From Octopus sinensis (Eukaryota), in the NCBI RefSeq assembly GCF_006345805.1, contig NW_021835353.1:1-40307 (forward strand): DNA of 40,307 nt. Reading direction: 5' to 3'. This document shows, in pieces, positions 23,573 through 33,986 of this stretch. How positions within the stretch are numbered: the first letter of the stretch is position 1; the number at the start of each line of letters is the position of its first letter. The translations under genes and the position numbers were made by a program. Under the pieces are notes generated by a model. The model had not been told where the DNA came from. It did not search any database and worked only from the letters and a program-made list of their open reading frames with translations.

Positions 23573-24149
23573 TTACTTTATTTGTTATTCTCTCTCCCTC
23601 TCTCTTTCTCTCTCTCTCTCTTATTTCTTTTCGGTCTTTCTTGTTTGTTTTTTTTCCAACTCAGCTTTATATTTTCACAGCGTACTATTACGTGCGTGGC
23701 TGGTTTTAACTTAAAGGATTTCACCTCCCATTGCGAATACCAATCTAGCGACATGCAGACAACCCTATCGCGTTATACTGTAATTTAATTTTTTAACTTA
23801 ACGTTAACTAATTAAAAAGAAAAAGTCTTCTTACTTTTTGTTTTTTCACGTTGAATATTAGTGGAAACAGTTTTTTTCTGTTTCAGTCTGCAAATTTTGT
23901 CAGAAGATCAGAGACACTAAAACTCAAAGTTGCGAAATAAAAATTTCAGCATCAATGAAGATTATATTACACTCTACAGCTTGTAACGAGTACTCTCTTT
24001 TCTTCTAGATTACTCTCACACACGCGCATGCGCACAGACACATGTACACGCAACCCAACACAGAGTTAGAGATAAATAGGTAGATTAGTAAATCAATGTA
24101 CCATTTTTAGTTCTTCTGCATACCTTATCAAATCTCTCTCTCCCTTCCT

Positions 24150-24538
24150 CTCTCTCTCTGAATCTATGTCTCTTTCTCTCTCTCTCTCTCTGAATCTATT
24201 TCTCTCTCTCTCTTTCTCTGAATCTATGTCTCTCCCTCTCTCTGAATCTTTGTCTCTCTCTCTGAATCTATGTCTCTCTCTCTGAATCTATGTCTCTCTC
24301 TCTCTCTCTCTCTGAATCTATATCTCTCTCTCTCTGAATCTATGTCTCTCTCTCTGAATCTATGTCTCTCTCTCTCTCTCTCTCTGAATCTATATCTCTC
24401 TCTCTCTGAATCTATGTCTCTCTCTCTGAATCTATGTCTCTCTCTCTCTCTGAATCTATGTCTCTCTCTCTCTGAATCTCTCTCTCTCTCTCTGAATCTA
24501 TGTCTCTCTCTCTCTGAATCTATGTCTCTCTCTCTCTT
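24150..24538. repeat. Compound minisatellite: GAATCTAT(G/A) tags separated by variable (TC)n, 16 units
   Basis: GAATC occurs at 24160, 24192, 24220, 24244, 24264, 24284, 24314, 24336, 24356, 24386, 24408, 24428, 24452, 24474, 24494 and 24516. Confidence 0.95.
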
Positions 24539-24539
24539 T

Positions 24540-25560
24540 CTCTTTCACTTTGCCATTAATCTCTACCACTTTTTCTTCTTGCATTTTCTTTATATTTGCT
24601 TTCTCCCTCTCTCTCTCCCTCCCGCATCTTCCCTCCTTCCTCTATTCATCATGTGACTTTCATTCTCCCTCTGCGCACTCTCCAGTCTCTTTTTGTTCTC
24701 TCCTCTCTCTTCTTTCATTAAAACTCCTAAACCTGGTCCCTTAGTCCTTTTTCTTCTCTTTCTATCCCTTAACACTTACTCACTCTTGGCCCTTCTCCCT
24801 AATTTTATCTTACTCTTCTTCTTTGTTTCTTTTTCTCTCTCTTCTCTTTACTCTTTCTTTTTCGCTATCATCCTCTTAATATGGAGTTTATGATCACTCT
24901 CATCTCTCACCGCCCCTCATTACTCCTTTGTCCACTCTCACTCCTCTCTCTCTCTTTCTCTCTACTTCTCTTTCGAGCTTCATTCTGCTTTACTCTCACT
25001 CTTCATTCACCCATCTCCTCTACCTTCTCCCTTCATTCTCCTACCCTCTCTGCCCTTCCTGTCCCTCTCCCTTTCCCCTATCCATTCTCTTCATTCTGGA
25101 TCTTTTACCTCTTTTCCTCTCACTCCCCCTCCATCTCGCAATTGCCTTCTTTTTCTCCCTCCCACTCTCACGCTGCTCCCCAATCTCTCTTCCCCTACTC
25201 CTCACATTTTCCCCCTTTTCATTTCCCCTTCAATCTCCCTCCACTTCATTTTCCCTCCACCTTTCCTGTCCTGTCACTCTCCCTTATCCTCCCTCACCTT
25301 TATCCATCACCCTCCTTTTCCGCCCCTCTCCCTTTTCCGTCTCTCTCTCTCTCTCTTTCCGCTTTACTTTCCCTCTTCATCTTACTCTCCTTTTCGGCCT
25401 CATTCTCCCCCTCTCCTTTTTCTATCACTCTCCCTCTCCTCCCACTACCCCCTTTCACTAAATTTCAATTAAAATCTCTCCCTCCAAACTCCACCTCAAT
25501 CTCAGTTATTAAACACATTCTTCTAATCATGTTTCCATTTCAGTAACAAGTTCAATCCAT
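24540..25560. repeat. 1-kb aperiodic polypyrimidine low-complexity tract
   Basis: The plus strand is overwhelmingly C/T without a clear period. Confidence 0.9.
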
Positions 25561-25831
25561 CTGTTCGCTTCTGCAACTATCGGAACTGTCTCACTTCACC
25601 CCCACCCCCACCACAGGTTTCTTCCCCCACTTCCTACACCTTCATCCATCCATCCATCTCCGTTTCTCTGTCTGTCTGTTTGTCCGTCTGTCTGTCTCAC
25701 TAACAACTTATTGAAATTGGGTTTGACTAAACACCCACCCTCATCTATATCTGAATTTCAGACCAATATATTCCATCTGTCCGTCTGTCCGACCATCCGA
25801 CCGTCCGACAGTTTGTCCGTTCGTCTGTGTA

Positions 25832-25865
<34 letters not shown>

Positions 25866-25936
25866 TGTCTCTATGTATGTGTGTGTATACATGCATACAT
25901 ACATACATACATACATGCATACATATATATATACAT

Positions 25937-25999
<63 letters not shown>

Positions 26000-26042
26000 G
26001 ATATACTACACACACACGCACACACGCACACACACATATATA

Positions 26043-26438
26043 TCTTTATATATAAAACTGTAGTTGTGAGAGTGTCTGTCCACTTCGATTTAGATTCCTA
26101 ACTACTCTCACATTTTGCGGTGCAGTTTAACCAAAACCGGGTATCTTATAGTCGTGATTCATATCGAGCCCTTCTGGGTATTAGCGCGCGTCTACGATGA
26201 GTCTACGATTTTAAAAATAATTTAACATCATTTTTTTCCATTTTAACGCATATTTTTTAAATAAAGGGAAGTAACTCTGTAAAAATGTCTACGATGAGTC
26301 ATCGATTTAAAAAAAAATTTACCATAATTTTTTTTCCATTTTTAATGCATTTTTTGCTATTTTTGGGCTATAACTCTCTAAAAATGCTTTATAGTTATTT
26401 CCCTTACAAACCCGAGCAACGCCGGGCGATACTGCTAG
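26043..26438 (+). mobile_element. Non-autonomous Helitron, complete (396 bp)
   Basis: A|TC 5' junction at 26042/26043. 3' hairpin CCCG-AGCAACGC-CGGG (26411-26426), CTAG|T at 26435-26439. Internal 97-bp direct repeat (26190/26287). Confidence 0.85.
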
Positions 26439-26451
26439 TAATATATATACT

Positions 26452-26496
<45 letters not shown>

Positions 26497-26917
26497 CTAC
26501 ACACACACACACACACACACATTTAGATATGTTGACACTACAGAAACTATTGTCGGCTTTGTAAGGAGAATCTTATAATCAAAGATGTGATTTTCTCTAT
26601 CAGTATTTTCGTTGTCTAATACTCTGAATTTCTCTACTTGTCATACATGAGGAATTACCTTCAGTCTGTATTGAACTTGTATTTATTGGAGTCTGTTGGA
26701 TATAGTTAACCAAATTCGTTTAAACCTGAGTGCTTTAGCGCTCCACAGACATGTGTGCCCTTAACGTAGTTCTCAGGGAGATTCAGTGTGACACAAAATG
26801 ACCGAATCGATCCCAAAATCTAACCATTTCGTGCCAGTCGCGAGGCCTAACATCTCTGAAAGTTTTATCCGAATCCATCCGTCCAAACAACCAAGCAAGC
26901 CAGTAAACGCGACTGAA

Positions 26918-27160
<243 letters not shown>

Positions 27161-27164
27161 TACA

Positions 27165-29100
27165 GAGAAGGACAAGGAAGAGAGAGGGAAGTCAGTAATT
27201 GTTGAAAAATTATATGCTTATCATAACTCTGGAAATTATTAATTGGTGTCAAACAAGATGAGATGCACAACTTTCTGAAGAAGAAGAAACTACTTTCGGA
27301 GGGACAAAAGGAATGTAGAAAGAAGCCATAGGGAACTGCTTGTCTGCTATGCATTGATAGCAGAATACTGAATGAGGCACGAGTGAGAAAGTGGGACCTA
27401 ACTGTTGGATGCACAGACTGCACGAAAGCCTACGACAATGTTCTACACGTTTGGCCTTGAAGTACCTCAGGATGCTCGGAGTCATGAGAAGATAAATAAA
27501 TTTTTGGAAAAGCAATGAAGAAGTAGGAAGCAGGTCGAACATATGCAAATGAATCGTTGGGAAATGTAAAATTAAGGAGAATCACTCACTCCATTCCTCT
27601 TCGTCATTGAGGTAATCTCTCTGACAAGTATACTGAAAAAATGCAGGCTTCTCTATGAGTTTATCAAAACAAGGGTGAAAATAAATCATCTGCTTTATAT
27701 GGATGCCCTCAAATTATATTTCGTTTTGGATTTGGTTTGCAAGATTCTTTATATGAGTTCGTGTGTTGAAGCATATTCTTTTGTGTCTGAGGAGAGTCAT
27801 TTTCTTTTTGTGCCTTATAATATAACACACTCACCGGTAAAATTTCCACTTTTTTCTTATTTTTATTTTACTAAAATTTTCGTTGCGTCTTGCAACCTTT
27901 TCAATTGTTTAGAGTCAAAACTATTGAAAAGGTTGCAAGACGAAACGAAAATTTTAGGAAAATAAAAATAAGAAAAAAGTGGAAATTCTAGCGGTGAGTG
28001 TGTTACATTATAAGGCACAAAAAGAAAATGACTCTCCCCAGACTCAAATTATATAAAAAATGTAAAAGAGATCTGGATTGTCTAAAAATATTCAGCAAAG
28101 ATATTGGAATGCAGTTTGGGATCAATAAGTGCGCAGTTGCTAATCACGAAGAGGTCGGAAGAAAATCTCTGATGGTATAAAATTACCACAAGACAACGTC
28201 GTTCGATCGTATGGAATAATGTGGGATGCAAATGCATAGAGGTAATGCAAGACGACAGGATAATAGGGAAAAAGGGAGAGAAAATATGTAGAGTATAAGA
28301 AAGTTATGGAGGTACTTGTAACAAAATTAAATGGAGGGAATATTAAAGCAATAAATGTATGGGCTATACCTGTGTTAAGATACTCTGCTCTCTTTCTGAA
28401 ATGGACGATGGTCGAACTACGGTACTTAGAAAGAACTAGAAATCTGCTCACAATGCATAAACCACCAAACCTTAAAAGTAATACCGACAGACTCTACCAA
28501 CCCAGGAAGGAAGAAGGTTGAGTAACATTAAATGCGGGAGACACTGTTAGTACTTCGATATTGGAAGTGAAAATTATGTATATAGTAAAGAAATAAATAT
28601 TGGAAAAGTTACTGAAACAGTAGGCTAAATCAAGGACTGAAAAAAGCATTAGAGGAAAAGTAGATGGAAAGAAATGGAATTATATGAGATGTTGGCCGAG
28701 TGTATAGAGTGTGTGACTTCTAAATAACAGAAAAGTGATACGAATACGAACTAGAGGCTGGGATAAAGAAAATGAATTACAGAATTTGATGACATTTTCT
28801 CATTAAGTCTGACAGTACTATTGAAGCAAGATTTGATGATAGAGCACCAAAGAAACAAACATGTAAGATCATAGACTTCGAAGTTCCATTTGATAGCAGA
28901 ATCGATACCAAGTAAATGGGGAAAAAATTAGAAATATCAGGCAGTAGCCAGAGAGTTGAGGAGATTTTGGAAAACTAAGACAACGATGATTCCTGTGGTA
29001 ATTGGTGTATTTGACAAAAAACCTAAACTGCTATCCAAGAGACTAAAAGATATCGGAAGTGAAGCGCGGATTTGAGGAAATTTGTTGTCACCAAGCCTCA
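27165..29100 (+). mobile_element. Decayed R4/Dong-clade retrotransposon (RT to RLE), different subfamily from 15776-19477
   Basis: LWKLLIGVKQDEMHNFL..GQKECR; DCTKAYDNVLHVW; KINHLLYMDALKLY; FSKDIGMQFGINKCA; AINVWAIPVLRYS; DRLYQPRKEEG; KIIDFEVPFD; IPVVIG. Many stops and frameshifts. Confidence 0.85.
27720..28042. mobile_element. Fold-back element (arms about 129 bp) with 12-bp TSD
   Basis: 27785-27913 is inverted relative to 27915-28043. CTCAAATTATAT occurs at 27708-27719 and 28043-28054. Confidence 0.9.
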
Positions 29101-29477
29101 AGACAATGTTATTGGTAACTGATATACTACGTAATAGCTTACAATAGAAACGATAATAACGGTTTCGAATTTTGGCTGCAGGCCAGGAGTTTAGAGGCGA
29201 AGAGTAAGTACTTTATTTTATCAACTCTGGAGGAATGAAAGACAAAGTTGACTGCAGTCGGAATTGAGCTCAAAAAGTAAAATAAAATGCTTGAACAAAT
29301 ATCATCAAGCATTTTGTCTGACGCGATAATAATCCTAGCAACTCTACGCCTAACACTGATGATAAAGATGAGGAGGAGGAGTTCAAAATGCATGGAAATA
29401 TAAAAAAAAAACATAAATGATTGAAGTTTGTCTCTCTCCCTCCTTCCCTCCTCCTCTCTCTCCCCCACACCCTCTCT

Positions 29478-29640
29478 GGCGTGGCTGTGTGGTAAGAAGT
29501 TTGCTTCCAAACCACATGGTTCCAGGTTCAGTCCCACTGCGTGGCACGTTGGGCAGTTGTCTTCGACTATAGCCTCGGGGTGACCGAAGCCCTGTGAGTG
29601 GATTGGACTAAAGTTCTTCAAGGCGGTACCCCAGCATGGG
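29478..29640 (+). mobile_element. SINE family B with internal deletion
   Basis: Head joined directly to the tail segment AAGGCGGTACCCCAGCATGG. Confidence 0.8.
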
Positions 29641-29649
29641 TGCTGAAAG

Positions 29650-30083
29650 TAATGCCCAGTGGACGGCCGATGTAACACCGAGGCTACAGTATACAAAGCA
29701 AAGGTAGCCTCAAACAGGAGCAGCACAAATAACAGTAATGTCAATGCCAACACAGGGACACGCACTAAAATTTATGTCGGATCTTGTGAATCCAAATTAA
29801 AAATTTGCCTGGACAACCACAAATCTTTTTTCAGGGCCCCGCAGAGACGCAATACAACGACATTCACAGCATACGTATGACACCCAAAGGACGATCATAC
29901 GCCCTTTAACATCAGGTGGAAGTTACTAGAAACTTGTGGACCCTATCGCAATTGTGTATGGCAGAAAAATATATAATTTTTATCAACTCACATGAGCCAG
30001 GAGGCTACATGAACTCCAGGACGGAAGCCGTGGGAAGTTGTCTATATTTTCGGAAATTTTTACTTCGAAATTGGAAAACCTAG
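29650..30083 (+). pseudogene. Penelope-like element GIY-YIG endonuclease C-terminal relic
   Basis: CPVDGRCNTEATVYKAKV..KIYVGSCESKLKICLDNHKSFF..TTFTAYV*..NIRWKLL..; then MNSRTEAVGSC..KFLLRNWKT*. Motif order matches the PLE GIY-YIG domain. Confidence 0.8.
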
Positions 30084-30188
30084 CTATCAAGCGAAGGAAG
30101 ACAACTCGCCCAGCCATAATTTTTACGAGGAATATTTCTTCAACTATCACGGGCGTTTTTGTGTTTTTTAAAAGCATTCTTTGCAGAG

Positions 30189-30268
30189 AACAGTTATCAT
30201 TTAGAGAATCTGAAGACATGTCTAGTTCACGCTAGATATGAAACCAATGGTATTTCTCTAAAACTGTT
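30189..30268 (+). ncRNA. Type I hammerhead ribozyme, Penelope-associated
   Basis: Stem I TTTAGAGAA/TTCTCTAAA (9 bp) plus distal AACAGT/ACTGTT. CTGAAGA 30210-16, stem II ATGTCTAG/CTAGATAT, GAAA 30240-43, stem III ACC/GGT, GTA 30250-52. Confidence 0.85.
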
Positions 30269-30390
30269 ACTTTACACGTACAAATATATATATATATTAA
30301 ACAAAACGCCTGTAAACTTCAGTGGTTCTTGATTTCCTTACTGAACTGTGCCTCCACATATAGATTTTCATCGTTATTTTACTAAATGGG

Positions 30391-30910
30391 AAATGTTTCA
30401 GAAATATTGGCTTCAAATTTTGGCACAAGGTCAGTAATCTCGGTGGTAGGGTCGGGGTGGGGGATAAGTCGATTCCGTCCACCCTATATATTCAACTGGT
30501 ACTTAATTTATCGACCCAGAAAGGATGAAATGCAACGTCAACCTCAGCGGAATTTGAACTTAGAACGTAAACACAGACGAATTGCCGAAAGGCATTTTGA
30601 CCGGCGTACTAACGATTCTGCCAGCTCACTACCTTAAATATTACAGAAATATTAATTTCATATTTGGCACAAGAACAGTAATTTGGGGAGTCTGAGATAA
30701 ATCGATTACAACGATCCCCTGAATTCAACTGGGGAAACTTATCTTATCAACTCCCGAAAGGATGAAATCCAAAGTCGACTTCGATGAAATTTGAACTCAA
30801 CGTAAAGACGGACGAAATGCCGATAAGCATTATGCCCGGCGTGCTAACGATTCTGCTAGCTCGCTGCTTTAAATATTTCAGAAATACTGACCCAGATTTT
30901 GGTACATAGA
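30391..30910 (-). mobile_element. Head-to-tail tandem of two diverged SINE family A copies with a shared palindromic linker
   Basis: Linker AAAT(A/G)TT(T/A)CAGAAATA starts at 30391, 30636 and 30871. Confidence 0.8.
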
Positions 30911-31011
30911 TAAGCAAAAAAAAAAAAAAAGAAGTTTCATACTTATGAGAAGGAAGAGCACATTGAACAGTGTAGTTTGGCGTAATCCGATGCATATGAA
31001 GTTTTATATGG

Positions 31012-31340
31012 TGTAAATGGTAAAGGGTAAAGATCCCCTTCGGTCATGAACGACCATAGAAAGCTACCCTTCAAGGCACAATCCGGATAGGGTTGTTTAT
31101 GGAAGAGGACCAGTTTCCCATGTATACCAGCCTCTCCTCTCCACGCCACCAATGTTATCCAAGGGAACAGCAAAGGCCAATACGGATTGGCACCAGTGAT
31201 GTCGCAATTCATTTCTACAGCTGAGTGAACTGGAGCAACGTGAAATAAAGTGTCTTGCTCAAGAACACAATATACAGCCCGGTCCAGGAATTGAACTCAC
31301 TACTACATTGTTGTGAATCCGATGCTCTAACCACTGAGCC
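31012..31340 (-). mobile_element. SINE family C
   Basis: Collinear with 20241-20580. Confidence 0.85.
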
Positions 31341-31915
31341 AAGTGGTGTATAAGTAGCGGTAGTGGTAGTACCGTCTGGTGTAGTTTGGAGCAGTTTAGT
31401 GCGGTGTAGCGGATGTATACTATGTTGCAATGTAGTATAGCAGCATGTAGTATAGGTCTGCGGTAGTGTACAATGAGGTGATGTTCTATAGTGTAATAGC
31501 GACTGTGGTGGTGTAGCGTAGTGTAGTATGGTGTGATGTAGTAAGGTTGTAGTGCTGCATGGGTGCGATGTAGTGTGGGTGAGGCGTAGTTTAGTGTGGT
31601 GGTGTGTCTTGTGATTTAGTTGAGTGTGGTATAAAATGTAGTACGGTGTATTGCATAATGTCGTGTAGCAGTGAATTACAGTTGTGTGATATGGTTGTAG
31701 TGTACCGTGTGGTGCCGTATGATGTAGTGTGGATATAGTGTGACCGTAGAGTGGTAGAAAGTTGTTTAGTGTAGCGGATTTTGTGTTGTGTAGCTGTATT
31801 TAGTGGTATAATTTATAGTGTATAGAGTGGTGTAGTATATAGAATATAGTAGTGTTGTATCATACAAGGGTATGTTGTGTTCTCTCGTAGTTATAGTCTA
31901 CTGCTGTATTTTGTC

Positions 31916-33986
31916 GAGTGAAGTGTTTTTGTGGTATGTTTGAGTGAAGTGTTTTTGTGGTGTGGTTGAGTGAAGTGTTTTTGTGGTATGTTTGAGCGAA
32001 GTGTTTTGTGGTATGTTTGGGTGAAGTGTTTTTGTAGTGTGGTTGAGTGAAGTGTTTTTGTGGTGTGGTTGAGTGAAGTGTTTTTCTGGTGTGGTTGAGA
32101 GAAGTATTTTTGTGGTGTGTTTGAGTGAAGTGTTTTGGTGGTGTGGTTGAGTGAAGTGTTTTTGTAATGTTGTTGAGTGAAATGTTTTTCTGGTGTGGTT
32201 GAGTGAAGTATTTTTGCGGTGTGGTTGAGTGAAGTGTTTTGGTGGTGTGGTTGAGTGAAGTGTTTTTGTGGTGTGGTTGAGTGAAGTGTTTTTGTGGTGT
32301 GGTTGAGTGAAGTGTTTTTGTGATGTTGAGTGAAGTGTTTTCGTGGTGTAGTTGAGTGAAGTGTTTTTCTGGTGTGGTTGAGTGAAGTGTTTTTGTCATG
32401 TTGTTGAGTGAAGTGTTTTCGTGGTGTAGTTGAATGAAGTGTTTTTGTCATGTTGTTGAGTGAAGTGTTTTCGTGGTGTAGTTGAGTGAAGTGTTTTTGT
32501 GATGTTGTTGAGGGAAGTGTTTTCGTGGTGTAGTTGAGTGAAGTGTTTTTGTGATGTTGTTCAGTGAAGTGTTTTCGTGGTGTGGTTGAGTGAAGTGTTT
32601 TCGTGATGTTGTTGAGTGAAGTGTTTTCGTGGTGTAGCTGAGTGAAGTGTTGTTCTGGTGTGGTTGAGTGAAGTGTTTTTCTGGTGTGGTTGAATGAAGT
32701 GTGTTTATGGTGTGGTTGAGTGAAGTGTTTTTGTGATGTTGTTGAGTGAAATGTTTTTCTGGTGTGGTTCAATGAAGTATTTTTGTGATGTTGTTGAGTG
32801 AAGTATTTTCATGGTGTAGTTGAGTAAAGTGTTTTTGTGGTGTGGTTGAGTGAAGTGTTTTTGTGGTGTGGTTGAGTGAAGTGTTTTTGTGGTGTGGTTG
32901 AGTGAAGTGTTTTTGTGATGTTGAGTGAAGTGTTTTCGTGGTGTAGTTGAGTGAAGTGTTTTTCTGGTGTGGTTGAGTGAAGTGTTTTTGTCATGTTGTT
33001 GAGTGAAGTGTTTTCGTGGTGTAGTTGAGTGAAGTGTTTTTGTCATGTTGTTGAGTGAAGTGTTTTCGTGGTGTAGTTGAGTGAAGTGTTTTTGTGATGT
33101 TGTTGAGGGAAGTGTTTTCGTGGTGTAGTTGAGTGAAGTGTTTTTGTGATGTTCAGTGAAGTGTTTTCGTGGTGTGGTTGAGTGAAGTGTTTTCGTGGTG
33201 TAGCTGAGTGAAGTGTTGTTCTGGTGTGGTTGAGTGAAGTGTTTTTCTGGTGTGGTTGAATGAAGTGTGTTTATGGTGTGGTTGAGTGAAGTGTTTTTGT
33301 GATGTTGTTGAGTGAAATGTTTTTCTGGTGTGGTTCAGTGAAGTATTTTTGTGATGTTGTTGAGTGAAGTATTTTCATGGTGTAGTTGAGTAAAGTGTTT
33401 TTCTGGTGTGGTTGAGAGAAGTATTTTTGTGGTGTGGTTGAGTGAAGTGTTTTGGTGATGTGGTTGGGTGAAGTATTTTTGTGATGTTGTTGAGTGAAGT
33501 GTTTTTGTGGTGTAGTTGAGTGAAGTGTTTTTCTGGTGTAGTTGAGTGAAGTGTTTTTGTGATGTTGTTGAGTGAAGTATTTTCGTGGTGTAGTTGAGTG
33601 AAGTGTTGTTCTGGTGTGGTTGAGTGAAGAGTTTTTCTGGAGTGGTTGAATGAAGTGTTTTTGCGGTGTGGTTGAGTGAAGTGTTTTGGTGGTGTGGTTG
33701 AGTGAAGTGTTTTTGTGATGTGGTTGAGTGAAGTGTTTTCGTGGTGTAGTTGAGTAAAGTGTTTTTCGTGGTGTGGTTGAGGGAAGTATTTTTGTGGTGT
33801 GGTTGAGTGAAGTGTTTTCGTGGTGTGGTTGAGTGAAGTGTTTTTGTGATGTTGTTGAGTGTAGTGTTTTTGTGATGTGGTTGAGTGAAATGTTTTTGTT
33901 GTGTGGTTGAGTGAAATGTTTTTGTGGTGTGGTTGAGTGAAGTGTTTTTCTGGTGTGGTTGAGTGAAGTATTTTTTTGGTGTAATG
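31916..33986. repeat. 26-bp minisatellite (GAGTGAAGTGTTTTTGTGGTGTGGTT), roughly 80 units, with higher-order duplication
   Basis: Shared diagnostic variants recur at offsets of 595 and 566 bp. Confidence 0.97.

Noticed and set aside
23870-24010. Strong splice-acceptor-like TTTTTTTCTGTTTCAG
   Set aside because: No good donor follows and the peptides are short and unrecognisable.
27787-27793. CTGAGGA inside the fold-back element
   Set aside because: The opposite arm and the second copy have a G run here, so it is a private mutation; no matching GAAAC.
31916-33986. CRISPR-like repeat/spacer appearance
   Set aside because: The variable parts are only 9 nt, are mutational variants of one another, and there are no cas genes; the context is eukaryotic.
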